Shown here piece by piece: positions 38,229 through 47,746 of a stretch of 64,000 nt of DNA. Each line of letters begins with the position of its first letter. Within the stretch, counting starts at the first letter, position 1. The stretch spans positions 27,537 to 91,536 of the forward strand of contig CANIPU010000004.1 in assembly GCA_947469485.1 (NCBI GenBank), in the 5' to 3' direction. This stretch comes from Chitinophagaceae bacterium (GTDB taxonomy: Bacteria; Bacteroidota; Bacteroidia; Chitinophagales; UBA10324). The notes under the pieces were generated by a model. It made no database searches and was not told the origin of the DNA. It saw only the letters and a program-made list of their open reading frames with translations. The position numbers were made by a program, and so were the translations under genes.

Positions 38229-38994
38229 TTTTATTTAGAGTGAGTAGTTTAGATTTAAAATTATTTCTTTTCAATTCTTTATTTAACAACAATTCGCCCA
38301 AGATATATTTACTGATTGAAGTAGCATAAATCTTTTCTTCTTTAAGTTTTCTGCGTATAGGAGAAATACCTGAATGTACATCTTGCTTTACTTCAACAAT
38401 TACAAGGTTAGGCAATTCAAGTTTGTGTGTACTTCCGTTTCTGTAAAATGCGAGGTCAATATCAATGGTCGCTCGCTCCATTGTTTGAATATTTACCAGC
38501 GTCATTCTGTAAAAATCATTTCGTTGTATTGGAAACAATAATTTAGGATTTAAATCTGGAGCAATTTGTTTAATAAGTTGTTGCTGCTGATCGTTTATAT
38601 TCTCTGAAATACCTTCGGTACTGATTCTTGACTTTTCAGTTTTGTCTTTATTGTTCTTCTTTTTTACCTCAAAAAAAGAAACATTGCTATCAACATAAGA
38701 ACGACATCTTATTTTTAATCGGTTGGCCTTTTTATTATGATGAGTCAGGTAAAATTTATAATCAGGTGTATCAAAATATAAATTGTTATATCGGTTCAAT
38801 CGTACACCTTTTACCTCAAGAATCCGATAATCGTTTTTTATTAAAGCAAGGATTTCAATTAACCGATCAATGTGAATCATGTACTTTGTATCAAACCGGT
38901 TTAATAACTCAACATCCTCCATTTCAGAAAGAGAAATCGGTTTCATCGCGTTTAGCGAATCCATAATCTTATCTTTAATATTCTGACTGAGCAT
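38206..38994 (-). CDS. VTC-domain (CYTH/triphosphate-tunnel, polyphosphate-polymerase-like) protein
   Basis: 262 aa, soluble. RFDTKYMI..., RYNNLYFDTPDYKFY, the basic strand pairs RLKIRCRSY and FFEVKKK, then VIVEVKQD. This is the alternating basic/acidic beta-strand pattern of the VTC/CYTH tunnel fold; the R-x-R plus E-x-K strands resemble the Vtc4 catalytic core. Confidence 0.65.
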   Translation of the reverse strand: MLSQNIKDKIMDSLNAMKPISLSEMEDVELLNRFDTKYMIHIDRLIEILALIKNDYRILEVKGVRLNRYNNLYFDTPDYKFYLTHHNKKANRLKIRCRSYVDSNVSFFEVKKKNNKDKTEKSRISTEGISENINDQQQQLIKQIAPDLNPKLLFPIQRNDFYRMTLVNIQTMERATIDIDLAFYRNGSTHKLELPNLVIVEVKQDVHSGISPIRRKLKEEKIYATSISKYILGELLLNKELKRNNFKSKLLTLNKIEHALVA

Positions 38995-38996
38995 AT

Positions 38997-39410
38997 TTAC
39001 TGTATCACTTCAATGCGCAGGTCGCCTGCATCTATAGTTTGTTTGTTTTCTGTAATTTCTACTTCTTTCTTAATCACTTTTTTTCCACCATCACAATCTG
39101 CGCCAAGCAAGCAATCAGAATAGGTAAATAAAGTATACTTTCCTTTTTTCAAATACGGAAATTCAAATGTTCCGTCATAACTGCTTTCTATTTTATCACC
39201 AAAATATTCATTGTCGCCATAAATAATATAAACACTCACTTTACCGGAATAAAAAGAATCAACTGGAGTAAATACATTGTATTCCGCCACAAATATTTTT
39301 CCTTTTATAGTTGAAGTTCCCCCTTGACCTTCTTGTTTAGTGCAAGAACTGAAAGCAATAATGCTAAATAAGGAAATCAGAATGCTGAAAGTAATTTTAT
39401 AAATTTTCAT
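38997..39410 (-). CDS. small lipoprotein with a carboxypeptidase-regulatory-like (prealbumin-fold) domain
   Basis: 137 aa. Lipobox SIIAFSSC. IKGKIFV...YDGTFEFPYLKKGKYTLF matches the CarboxypepD_reg pattern (G.V....G.F.F..L..G.Y.L). Confidence 0.55.
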   Translation of the reverse strand: MKIYKITFSILISLFSIIAFSSCTKQEGQGGTSTIKGKIFVAEYNVFTPVDSFYSGKVSVYIIYGDNEYFGDKIESSYDGTFEFPYLKKGKYTLFTYSDCLLGADCDGGKKVIKKEVEITENKQTIDAGDLRIEVIQ

Positions 39411-39422
39411 AAAAAATCCATT

Positions 39423-40730
39423 TTATTTTTCTGTAACAAATTTCAAAGTTTTTGAATTTGGTCCTTCAGTTAAATTCAGTAAATAAAATCCTGCCGGAAG
39501 ATTATTGGTATTTAAATAAGTAGTTCCATTATAAATCGGTGCTTCATTTATTTTTCTACCATAAATATCAATCATTGAAAGGGTAGAGTTTATTGAATTA
39601 TTTAATCCACTAACATTTACAATAACTTCAGTTGTAACAAGATTTGATAGAAGAATAAAATTGAAATCAGAATTGTTCAGATAATTCACGCCGGCATTGC
39701 ATCCGGGGGCATATGGCCATCCCGGTGATCCTTCAGGGCAACCTGCAAACCAATTCGCCGCATCATTCATCTTGCCATGTTCGTCAAGTAATTCAAGAGT
39801 ATAGCCCCCGCTATCCGGAGTTTCAGGCCAAGGTAATTTGTTGTCGTAAAGCACCGAAAACTTCAATTTTCCATCAGGTCCGAATAATCTAATAGCTTCC
39901 CCTTTGCTTCTAAATCCAAAAGGAAATGGACCATTAAAATTTGTAACATTCGGATGGCGTGTGATAAATTTTGTTACATCCTGAACAACTTCGCGGTAAC
40001 CATTTGCAGGAAGGGTGATTCCGGCAGGAAAGAAAAATATATTCGAATCCTTACTGTCCTTTAAAGAATAACCATTTAGACTTACTCCAGTTCCAGTTGT
40101 GTTGTGCAATTCAACCCAATCACCGGCATCTTTTAATAATGAACTATTGTAATTGATTTCACTAAATACAATATCAGGGTTACAGGGGGTATATGCCACT
40201 CCTGGTGAACCGAACATACAGCCATCAAACCAGTTGCCTCCATCATTTTGATTTCCATTATAGTCCTGAAGTTCTAATGTTCTTCCCCATTTATCAGCAC
40301 CTACTGGCCACGAAAGCGAATCTTTATAAGCAACATAAGTTATTAAAGTATTTGTGCCATCATAAATCTGAATGCTATCACCGTTGTTTGCAAAATCGAG
40401 AAGAGAAGATCCTATAACATTTGTAACTGATGTATAAAACGGGTTGAATTTCGAAAGGTCTTGCGCTATAACCAAATAGCCATTCGCACTAACAATTGTA
40501 CCTGATGGTATAGGGTATTGTGTATTATTAAAAGTTTTAAGATACCAACCACCAATGTTTACAGGTGATGAAGTCTTGTTGTATAATTCTATCCAGTTTC
40601 CCGGATTCATAGTAGAATCTGAATTATAATTTATTTCAGTAAAAATAATTGGAGTGAAAGTTTGAGCAGTTGAAATATTTCGAATAACAAGCGACAAAAA
40701 GCAAACAAAAATTAATGACTTTATATTCAT
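39423..40730 (-). CDS. T9SS cargo protein with two lamin-tail (LTD) domains and a type A CTD
   Basis: I chose the ATG at 40730 (MNIKSLIFVCFLSLVIRNISTAQT signal peptide); the track ORF begins 72 nt upstream. There are two LTD signatures: IFTEINYNSDSTMNPGNWIELYNKTSSPVNIGGWYLK and VFSEINYNSSLLKDAGDWVELHNTTGTGVSLNGYSLKD. The C-terminus ...IDIYGRKI...GFYLLNL...KFV is a CTD. Confidence 0.75.
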   Translation of the reverse strand: MNIKSLIFVCFLSLVIRNISTAQTFTPIIFTEINYNSDSTMNPGNWIELYNKTSSPVNIGGWYLKTFNNTQYPIPSGTIVSANGYLVIAQDLSKFNPFYTSVTNVIGSSLLDFANNGDSIQIYDGTNTLITYVAYKDSLSWPVGADKWGRTLELQDYNGNQNDGGNWFDGCMFGSPGVAYTPCNPDIVFSEINYNSSLLKDAGDWVELHNTTGTGVSLNGYSLKDSKDSNIFFFPAGITLPANGYREVVQDVTKFITRHPNVTNFNGPFPFGFRSKGEAIRLFGPDGKLKFSVLYDNKLPWPETPDSGGYTLELLDEHGKMNDAANWFAGCPEGSPGWPYAPGCNAGVNYLNNSDFNFILLSNLVTTEVIVNVSGLNNSINSTLSMIDIYGRKINEAPIYNGTTYLNTNNLPAGFYLLNLTEGPNSKTLKFVTEK

Positions 40731-40985
40731 GTATGTTAATTTATTGTTGCCAAATGTAAAAATCATTGTTACCATTAAATAATTAAATATCTGAATGAGC
40801 AATATTTATAGTTGAACCAGAAATTAGATATAAGCAATTCTTACTCAGAGGTTATAACGGATTTTCATTCTAATAAAAATTTTACTATCGGGTTGAGATG
40901 TGGAAAAAACTCATTCAGCAACAATGTGTTTTATGATTTTAATTCATCAAATACATTCGAAGATTGTTACTTAAAATATTTTTGA

Positions 40986-43900
40986 ATGAAAAAGAGTTTT
41001 CTGCTTTTCTGTCTTTTTATAATTAAATTTTATAATGTTCAATCTCAGGTAACTCCTGCTTGGGTTAATGTTTTAGGAGCAAGTGGAGATAACAGTGATA
41101 GGTATTATTCAATAACTGAAGATGGGAGTGGAAATATATACGCTGTGGGATATACATACAATGTAAATAAGGATAAAGATATTTTGATTGCAAAACTCAA
41201 TTCTACTGGTGATACAGTATGGACCAGGCAATTCAATAATGCATTAGTAAATGGAAGTGATAAAGCATTATTTATTGGCCTTGATGCAGCAAATAATATT
41301 TATTTAAGCGGAATTGCAGATGGCGGCTCAATAAAAAATAATGATATCATAATTCAGAAATATACAAATTCAGGATCTTTATTATGGACAACTTTTTATA
41401 ATTACAGTCCATATAACCAAGATGATGAACCAATCGATATGTTTGTTAATTCCGGAGGTGATGTTTTTATAACAGGAAAAAGTGATGCTGATTCAAGTTC
41501 AGCCACAAATAACGATGCAATAACAATAAAGTATAACACGAATGGTGTTCAGCAGTGGGTGTCGAGATTTAATGGAAGCGGTGGCGATGCTGATCGGGGA
41601 ATAGCAATAACAGGAGATAATTCCGGAGGATGTATAATTACCGGAAGAACTTTTAACGCAACAAATGATGATGTTCTTACAATAAAGTATTCTTCAACAG
41701 GTGCAGTTTCATGGCAGCAGATTTATAACCGTGGTTTGGGCAATGATAGAGGTGATGATGTTTTTCTTGATGCTTCAGGAAATATTTATGTAACGGGAAG
41801 ATCTCAGAATGCAAATGACTACGATGTAGTAACAATAAAATATAATTCATTTGGTGTACCGCAATGGACACAGTTTTATACTAATGTAGAAAACGATTAC
41901 GGTAATACAGTAAAAGTTGATGCTTCTGGAAATGTTTATGTTGGGGGTCAATCGGATATAAATGCTTCAACAACTGTTGCAAATTATGATGCTTTAACTA
42001 TCAAGTATAATTCGTCCGGAGTGCAGCAATGGGCTAAGCTTTTAGGTAATGCCGCATTAAAAGAAGAAAATATATCGAAACTTGAAGTAGATGCTTCAGG
42101 AAATGTTTATGTAAGCGGACGCAGTAATGTAAATACACTTGATACAGTGGTGGCAAATAATTTCTTAACCATTAAATACAATACTTCTGGTGTACAGCAA
42201 TGGGTAAATTACTTAAATGGAACTGCAACAAAAAGTGATGATCAAGTTTCAGATATGTACTATAATTCAACCACAGGGGAAATTGTAGTGGCAGGTGTTT
42301 CACAGAATTTAATTACGCAAAAGGATGCCACCATAATTAAATACCTTTCTGTTACAGGAGCCACCGTTTGGACGAAATTTCTTAACTTAAAAGGAGATTT
42401 CAGTGATAAGGTAAATGCAATTATTACTGATTCTAAAAAAAATATTTATATTACGGGTTATGTAGTAAATCCTGAAATGAGGCGCGACTTGTTTTGTGCC
42501 AAATTCAATACTGCAGGGGTACTAAAATGGTTGAAATCGTATGACTTTGCTATGGATGACGACGAAGGAAAATCCATTGCAATAGATACACTTGGAAATG
42601 TTTTTGTTTGTGGAAGCAGTAACGGAAACGGAACTGGCAACGATTATATTGTAATTAAATATGATACACTTGGTGTGCAGCAATGGACCTATCGTTATAA
42701 TTATGCAAACGAAAGTGATGTGGCCGTTTCAATTGTTGCATTACCAAATGGCATCAGTTATGTGACTGGCTACAGTGACAGAGACAGTTCAAATTATGTT
42801 TCAAATTTTGATTATGTTACCATTAAACTTTCTGCAACTGGAAATCAATCTGCTTTAGTTAGATATAACGGAGCAGCAAACGGAGCTGATAGGCCAATAA
42901 AAGTATTTAATGTTGGTGCTTCATCTTTATGGGTAACCGGGAGAGTTTGGAATGGAACCAATGAAGATATCGTAACAATAAAATATAATGGCTCTCTTAC
43001 CCAACTTTGGCTTTCTACATATGCCGGGATTTCTGGATTAACAGATCAACCAAGAGACTTATTTGTTGATGCAAGTGGAAATTCTTATTTGGCTGGTAAT
43101 ACGCTAACTGCTGCAAACAGTGATGACTATGTATTGGTAAAGTATAATAATAATGGAGTACAACAATGGATATACACATATAACGGAATTGCAAATGCCG
43201 TTGACAGGGCATATGGTGTTACTGTAAATAATAACGGAGTATTTTTAACAGGAAGAAGCTCAGGATCTGTTGGTGCTGACAGCGCTGATATTGTAACAGT
43301 GAAAATTAACACTGGCACAGGAGCACAAACATGGTTGAACAGATGGAATGGTGCAGGTTCATTATTCGATAGGGGAAATGCTATTGCTTCTGATCAAATT
43401 GGAAATATTTATGTGACGGGAGAAACTTTTTCTGTAACAGGTGGAGATGATTTTACTACAGTAAAATATGATGATACAGGAAATGTTATTTGGCACAATG
43501 AATATAATGGAAGTGGAAATAATGAGGATGCTTCAAAGGCTATTATAGTGGATGCCGGAGGAAATATTATTTCCGCTGGATATAGTTCTAGTTCCGGATT
43601 ATCAGGCTATGAGGGAACGGTTATAAAGTTTTGCCCGTCAATATCAAATCCAATATTTAATAATGGTTCGGCTGTTGTTTGTAGAAATCAAACAGGAGTT
43701 GTTTTTTCAGTAATACCGGTTGTTGGTGCTTCATCTTATACTTGGTCGGCTTCAGCTGGTGCTACAATTTCAACAGGTCAGGGTACAAATTCTGTAACAG
43801 TAAATTTTTCTTCAACCGCAAGTTCATCGGGTATTTCAGTAATAGCAAATGGAATATGTAGTACGAGTAATCCTGTTGTTTATTCCTATTCTGTTGCCAC

Positions 43901-45206
43901 AACAGCACCTGCAACCCCTGGTACTATTTCGGGTTCATCAACAAATTGTGCAAATTCAACTGCAGTATTTTCAATTGCTCCTGTTGCAAACTCTACCTCT
44001 TATTTATGGACGCAGCCTTCAAATTCATCAATTTTATCTGGACAAGGAACAACATCTATTACAGTTTCCTTTTCATCTGGTTGGAATTCAGGAAACCTAT
44101 CAGTGAAAGCAATTAATTGTTTTGGAAATAGCCCGAATAAATCTAAAGCATTGAAAAGTAAACCTTCAACTCCCGGAACAATCACTGGAAATACAATAGG
44201 AGTTTGCCCCGGAACATCTGGTGTAGTTTATATTGTAACTCCTGTGTCTGGCGCTAATACTTACACATGGACTCCTCCTTCGAATTCAACTATAATAAGT
44301 GGTCAGGGAACAAATTCAATAACAGTTAATTATTCTGCATTGTTTTCTAATGGAACTTTATCTGTAACAGCAGGAAATGGCTGTGGTACAAGTAATCCAA
44401 AAACGACTTCAATTTACTCAGTCCCTCCTGCCGCAGCAACTATTTCCGGACTTTCATTTAATGTGTGTAATGCAGGAACTCAGATATATTCAATTGCACC
44501 AATAACCGGTGCAACAAGTTATACATGGACTGTTCCATCTGGAGTAATTTTACTTAGTGGCCAAAATACAGTTTCAATTACAGTATCATATCCAACAAAT
44601 TTCATTTCAGGAGCTATTTCAGTATTTGCTTCAAATACATGTGGATCAGGGACAGTAAAAACGCTTAATTGTTTCGCTAAACCAGAAACTCCTGGTGCAA
44701 TAACAGGTTTATCCTCGGTATGTGCCAATGAGTTATCTGTTCCTTATTCAATCACCCCAATAAGTGGAGCAACAAATTATGCCTGGAATGTTCCGCAAGG
44801 TTCAACAATTGTCTCCGGTCAGGGTACAAATTCAATTATAATAAATTTCGGTTCCAACGCGGGGAATGTTTCTGTTTATGCATCCAATTCTTGTGCAAAT
44901 AGCACCATAAAATCGCTTGCTGTAAGCATCACTTGTCGTAGTGAAGATTTTACAGATAATAAAATTGAATTGTTTCCTAACCCTGCTTCTGAAAATATAA
45001 ATATTGTTTTCATAAATGGTAATTTGGAAGCCGGGCGATTGAAAATTTATAATTCAATTGGGCAGTTGATGCTTAATGAGGAAATATTAATGACCTCAGG
45101 ACAGAATGAAAAAGCAGTTGATGTTTCAATGTTCGCCAAAGGGGGATATTTATTATTCATTGAAAATTCAGAAGAGGTAACCTCGAAAAAATTTGTAATT
45201 CGGTAA
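40986..45206 (+). CDS. giant T9SS cargo protein: many SBBP-type beta-propeller repeats, five Cys-containing Ig/PKD-like modules, type A CTD
   Basis: 1406 aa with signal peptide MKKSFLLFCLFIIKFYNVQSQ. More than ten ~55-65-aa repeats show the SBBP pattern (D.SGN.Y..G......D..T.KYN..G...W...YNG). Five ~85-aa modules follow, then the CTD (ELFPNPASENINIVF...IYNSIGQLM...GGYLLFI). Confidence 0.85.
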   Translation: MKKSFLLFCLFIIKFYNVQSQVTPAWVNVLGASGDNSDRYYSITEDGSGNIYAVGYTYNVNKDKDILIAKLNSTGDTVWTRQFNNALVNGSDKALFIGLDAANNIYLSGIADGGSIKNNDIIIQKYTNSGSLLWTTFYNYSPYNQDDEPIDMFVNSGGDVFITGKSDADSSSATNNDAITIKYNTNGVQQWVSRFNGSGGDADRGIAITGDNSGGCIITGRTFNATNDDVLTIKYSSTGAVSWQQIYNRGLGNDRGDDVFLDASGNIYVTGRSQNANDYDVVTIKYNSFGVPQWTQFYTNVENDYGNTVKVDASGNVYVGGQSDINASTTVANYDALTIKYNSSGVQQWAKLLGNAALKEENISKLEVDASGNVYVSGRSNVNTLDTVVANNFLTIKYNTSGVQQWVNYLNGTATKSDDQVSDMYYNSTTGEIVVAGVSQNLITQKDATIIKYLSVTGATVWTKFLNLKGDFSDKVNAIITDSKKNIYITGYVVNPEMRRDLFCAKFNTAGVLKWLKSYDFAMDDDEGKSIAIDTLGNVFVCGSSNGNGTGNDYIVIKYDTLGVQQWTYRYNYANESDVAVSIVALPNGISYVTGYSDRDSSNYVSNFDYVTIKLSATGNQSALVRYNGAANGADRPIKVFNVGASSLWVTGRVWNGTNEDIVTIKYNGSLTQLWLSTYAGISGLTDQPRDLFVDASGNSYLAGNTLTAANSDDYVLVKYNNNGVQQWIYTYNGIANAVDRAYGVTVNNNGVFLTGRSSGSVGADSADIVTVKINTGTGAQTWLNRWNGAGSLFDRGNAIASDQIGNIYVTGETFSVTGGDDFTTVKYDDTGNVIWHNEYNGSGNNEDASKAIIVDAGGNIISAGYSSSSGLSGYEGTVIKFCPSISNPIFNNGSAVVCRNQTGVVFSVIPVVGASSYTWSASAGATISTGQGTNSVTVNFSSTASSSGISVIANGICSTSNPVVYSYSVATTAPATPGTISGSSTNCANSTAVFSIAPVANSTSYLWTQPSNSSILSGQGTTSITVSFSSGWNSGNLSVKAINCFGNSPNKSKALKSKPSTPGTITGNTIGVCPGTSGVVYIVTPVSGANTYTWTPPSNSTIISGQGTNSITVNYSALFSNGTLSVTAGNGCGTSNPKTTSIYSVPPAAATISGLSFNVCNAGTQIYSIAPITGATSYTWTVPSGVILLSGQNTVSITVSYPTNFISGAISVFASNTCGSGTVKTLNCFAKPETPGAITGLSSVCANELSVPYSITPISGATNYAWNVPQGSTIVSGQGTNSIIINFGSNAGNVSVYASNSCANSTIKSLAVSITCRSEDFTDNKIELFPNPASENINIVFINGNLEAGRLKIYNSIGQLMLNEEILMTSGQNEKAVDVSMFAKGGYLLFIENSEEVTSKKFVIR
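43630..44940 (+). repeat. five tandem ~250-nt (82-95 aa) coding repeats inside the 40986-45206 gene
   Basis: Each unit reads PG.I.G....C......Y.I.P..GA..Y.W..P......SGQGT.SI.V.F......G..SV.A.N.CG.S. Confidence 0.8.
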
Positions 45207-45213
45207 TTGAATT

Positions 45214-45241
45214 AAGAGTGGAAAAAGTTCTACTCTTTTTA
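45214..45241 (+). terminator. rho-independent terminator
   Basis: AAGAGTGGAA (45214-45223), loop AAAG, TTCTACTCTT (45228-45237; 10 bp with one G-U), then TTTTT. Confidence 0.7.
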
Positions 45242-45328
45242 TTCTAGTATTAATTTCCTGTTTAAATTCTGATTCTTTTTCAATTTGTTTTTGAAAATTA
45301 TAAATACTGCAAATATTTTTTTTACAAC

Positions 45329-45361
45329 CAACCCTATTTAAATTCAACCCTATATTCAATT
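45329..45361 (+). repeat. tandem 16-17-nt direct repeat upstream of the aconitase gene
   Basis: CAACCCTATTTAAATT is followed immediately by CAACCCTATATTCAATT, ending 40 nt before the ATG at 45401. Confidence 0.6.
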
Positions 45362-45400
45362 GAATTTTTTTAATTTCGCACTCGAAATAAATAAAATTCC

Positions 45401-47665
45401 ATGGCATTTGATATTGAAATGATAAAGAAGGTATACGAACAGTTTCCTTCAAGAGTAGAAGCAGCCCGCAAATTGGTTGGAAAACCGCTGACTTTAACAG
45501 AAAAAATACTTTATGCCCATTTATGGGAGGGGTTGGCAACACAGGTTCAGCAGCGTGGTAAATCGTATGTTGATTTTGCTCCGGATAGGGTTGCCATGCA
45601 GGATGCTACTGCTCAAATGGCATTGCTTCAATTTATGCAAGCTGGTCGTCCAACAGTTGCTGTTCCATCTACAGTGCATTGCGATCACTTAATTCAAGCT
45701 GAAACCGGCGCAACTGAGGATCTGGCAAAAGCAAAATCGCAAAACAAAGAAGTGTATGATTTTCTTGCATCTGTTTCTGATAAATACGGAATTGGTTTCT
45801 GGAAACCTGGAGCAGGTATTATTCATCAGGTTGTATTAGAAAACTATGCTTTTCCGGGTGGATTAATGATTGGAACTGATTCTCATACTGTTAATGCCGG
45901 AGGATTGGGAATGGTAGCAATTGGAGTTGGTGGTGCTGATGCTTGTGATGTAATGGCGGGTTTAGCTTGGGAATTAAAATTTCCAAAATTGATTGGAGTA
46001 AAACTAACTGGTAAACTAAGCGGTTGGACTTCAGCGAAAGATGTGATTTTAAAAGTTGCCGGAATATTGACCGTTAAAGGTGGCACCGGAGCAATAGTTG
46101 AATATTTTGGCGAGGGTGCTGAAAGCATTTCATGCACTGGGAAAGGTACTATTTGTAATATGGGTGCTGAGATCGGAGCTACCACTTCTGTATTTGGATA
46201 TGATAAAAAAATGGCGGACTACCTAAATGGTACAGGGCGAGCAATGATTGCTCAAATGGCCGATAATATTGCCGTTCATTTAACAGGAGATGCTGATGTA
46301 TATAATTCTCCAGAAAAATATTTTGATCAGGTTATTGAAATTAATTTAAGTGAGCTGGAACCACATATTAATGGACCTTTCACTCCTGATTTAGCATTTC
46401 CAATTTCGAAATTTGCAGCAGCGGTAAAAGAAAATAATTGGCCAGCCCAATTGGAAGTTGGATTAATTGGAAGTTGCACAAACTCTTCTTATGAAGATAT
46501 TTCAAGAAGCGCTTCAGTTGCAAATCAGGCAGTCGAAATGGGTTTGAATGCAAAATCTGAATTTACAATTACACCGGGTTCTGAATTGGTTCGATTCACT
46601 ATTGAGCGCGATGGTTACCTTGATACATTCGGAAAAATGGGAGGAGTTGTGTTAGCTAATGCTTGCGGACCATGTATTGGTCAGTGGGCGCGGCATACTT
46701 CAGATCCGACAAAGAAAAATTCCATCATCACTTCATTCAATAGAAATTTTGCGAAAAGAAATGACGGAAATCCAAATACACACGCATTCGTAGCATCGCC
46801 AGAAATAGTAACTGCTCTTGCAATTGCTGGTGATTTAACTTTTAATCCACTAACTGATTATTTGACTAACAGTAAAGGTGAAAAAATAAAACTGGCTGAA
46901 CCGAAAGGAATTGAAATGCCTCTTAAAGGTTTTGCAGTTGAAGATGCAGGATATCAGGCTCCCGCTAAAGATGGAAGTTCTGTAGTTGTAAAAGTTGATG
47001 TCAATTCTGATCGTTTACAATTGCTTGATGCATTTAATGCATGGGAAGGAACTGATCTTCATAATCTGAAACTGTTAATTAAAGCAAAAGGAAAATGTAC
47101 TACCGATCATATATCAATGGCAGGTCCTTGGTTAAAGTATCGCGGTCATCTTGATAATATTTCAAACAACATGCTGATTGGTGCTTTGAATTTCTTCAAT
47201 GAAAAAACAAATGCAGTTAAAAATCAGTTGACAGGAATTTATGATGAAGTTCCAAAAGTTCAGCGTGCTTATAAAGCTGCCGGTATAGGAAGTATTGTTG
47301 TTGGTGATGAAAATTATGGCGAAGGAAGTTCACGCGAACATGCTGCTATGGAACCAAGATTCCTGGGTGTTCGTGCGGTGCTGGTTAAATCATTTGCCCG
47401 CATTCACGAAACCAATTTAAAGAAGCAAGGAATGCTGGGTTTAACTTTTTCAAATCCTGATGACTATAATAAAATTAAAGAAGACGATAACATTGATATT
47501 GTTGGTTTGAAATCTTTTACTCCCGGTGTACCGTTAACTCTTGTATTGAATCATATTGATGGAAGCAAGGAAGAAATAACTGTTAATCACACATACAATG
47601 CGCAACAAATAGAATGGTTTAAAGCCGGCGGCGCATTAAACATTATAAGAATGGCTCAGGTGTAA
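45401..47665 (+). CDS. acn: aconitate hydratase (short, mitochondrial-type aconitase)
   Basis: 754 aa. Motifs [30 protein letters not shown] and [10 protein letters not shown] (the three cluster Cys), plus [13 protein letters not shown]. The length fits the ~750-780-aa mitochondrial-type class rather than the ~890-aa AcnA or ~865-aa AcnB classes. Confidence 0.93.
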   Translation: MAFDIEMIKKVYEQFPSRVEAARKLVGKPLTLTEKILYAHLWEGLATQVQQRGKSYVDFAPDRVAMQDATAQMALLQFMQAGRPTVAVPSTVHCDHLIQAETGATEDLAKAKSQNKEVYDFLASVSDKYGIGFWKPGAGIIHQVVLENYAFPGGLMIGTDSHTVNAGGLGMVAIGVGGADACDVMAGLAWELKFPKLIGVKLTGKLSGWTSAKDVILKVAGILTVKGGTGAIVEYFGEGAESISCTGKGTICNMGAEIGATTSVFGYDKKMADYLNGTGRAMIAQMADNIAVHLTGDADVYNSPEKYFDQVIEINLSELEPHINGPFTPDLAFPISKFAAAVKENNWPAQLEVGLIGSCTNSSYEDISRSASVANQAVEMGLNAKSEFTITPGSELVRFTIERDGYLDTFGKMGGVVLANACGPCIGQWARHTSDPTKKNSIITSFNRNFAKRNDGNPNTHAFVASPEIVTALAIAGDLTFNPLTDYLTNSKGEKIKLAEPKGIEMPLKGFAVEDAGYQAPAKDGSSVVVKVDVNSDRLQLLDAFNAWEGTDLHNLKLLIKAKGKCTTDHISMAGPWLKYRGHLDNISNNMLIGALNFFNEKTNAVKNQLTGIYDEVPKVQRAYKAAGIGSIVVGDENYGEGSSREHAAMEPRFLGVRAVLVKSFARIHETNLKKQGMLGLTFSNPDDYNKIKEDDNIDIVGLKSFTPGVPLTLVLNHIDGSKEEITVNHTYNAQQIEWFKAGGALNIIRMAQV

Positions 47666-47691
47666 AGTTGTTTTTGTTAGTTGATCGAAAT

Positions 47692-47725
47692 AAAAATGCC
47701 CTTCAAATATTGAAGGGCATTTTTC
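47692..47725. terminator. bidirectional rho-independent terminator between convergent genes
   Basis: ATGCCCTTCAA (47696-47706), loop ATA, TTGAAGGGCAT (47710-47720), a perfect 11-bp stem. It is flanked by AAAAA on the left and TTTTT on the right. Confidence 0.85.
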
Positions 47726-47746
47726 ATTTACCAGTCTTAATTAAAA

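Noticed and set aside
40977-40984. TAnnTTTG match (TATTTTTG) upstream of the 1406-aa gene
   Set aside because: It ends only 1 nt before the ATG at 40986. A transcript starting downstream of it would lack the start codon and signal peptide, so this is probably a chance match.
45168-45542. 124-aa minus-strand ORF across the acn promoter and start
   Set aside because: It overlaps the terminator of the upstream gene, the intergenic repeats and the conserved aconitase N-terminus in antisense. It has no plausible start context.
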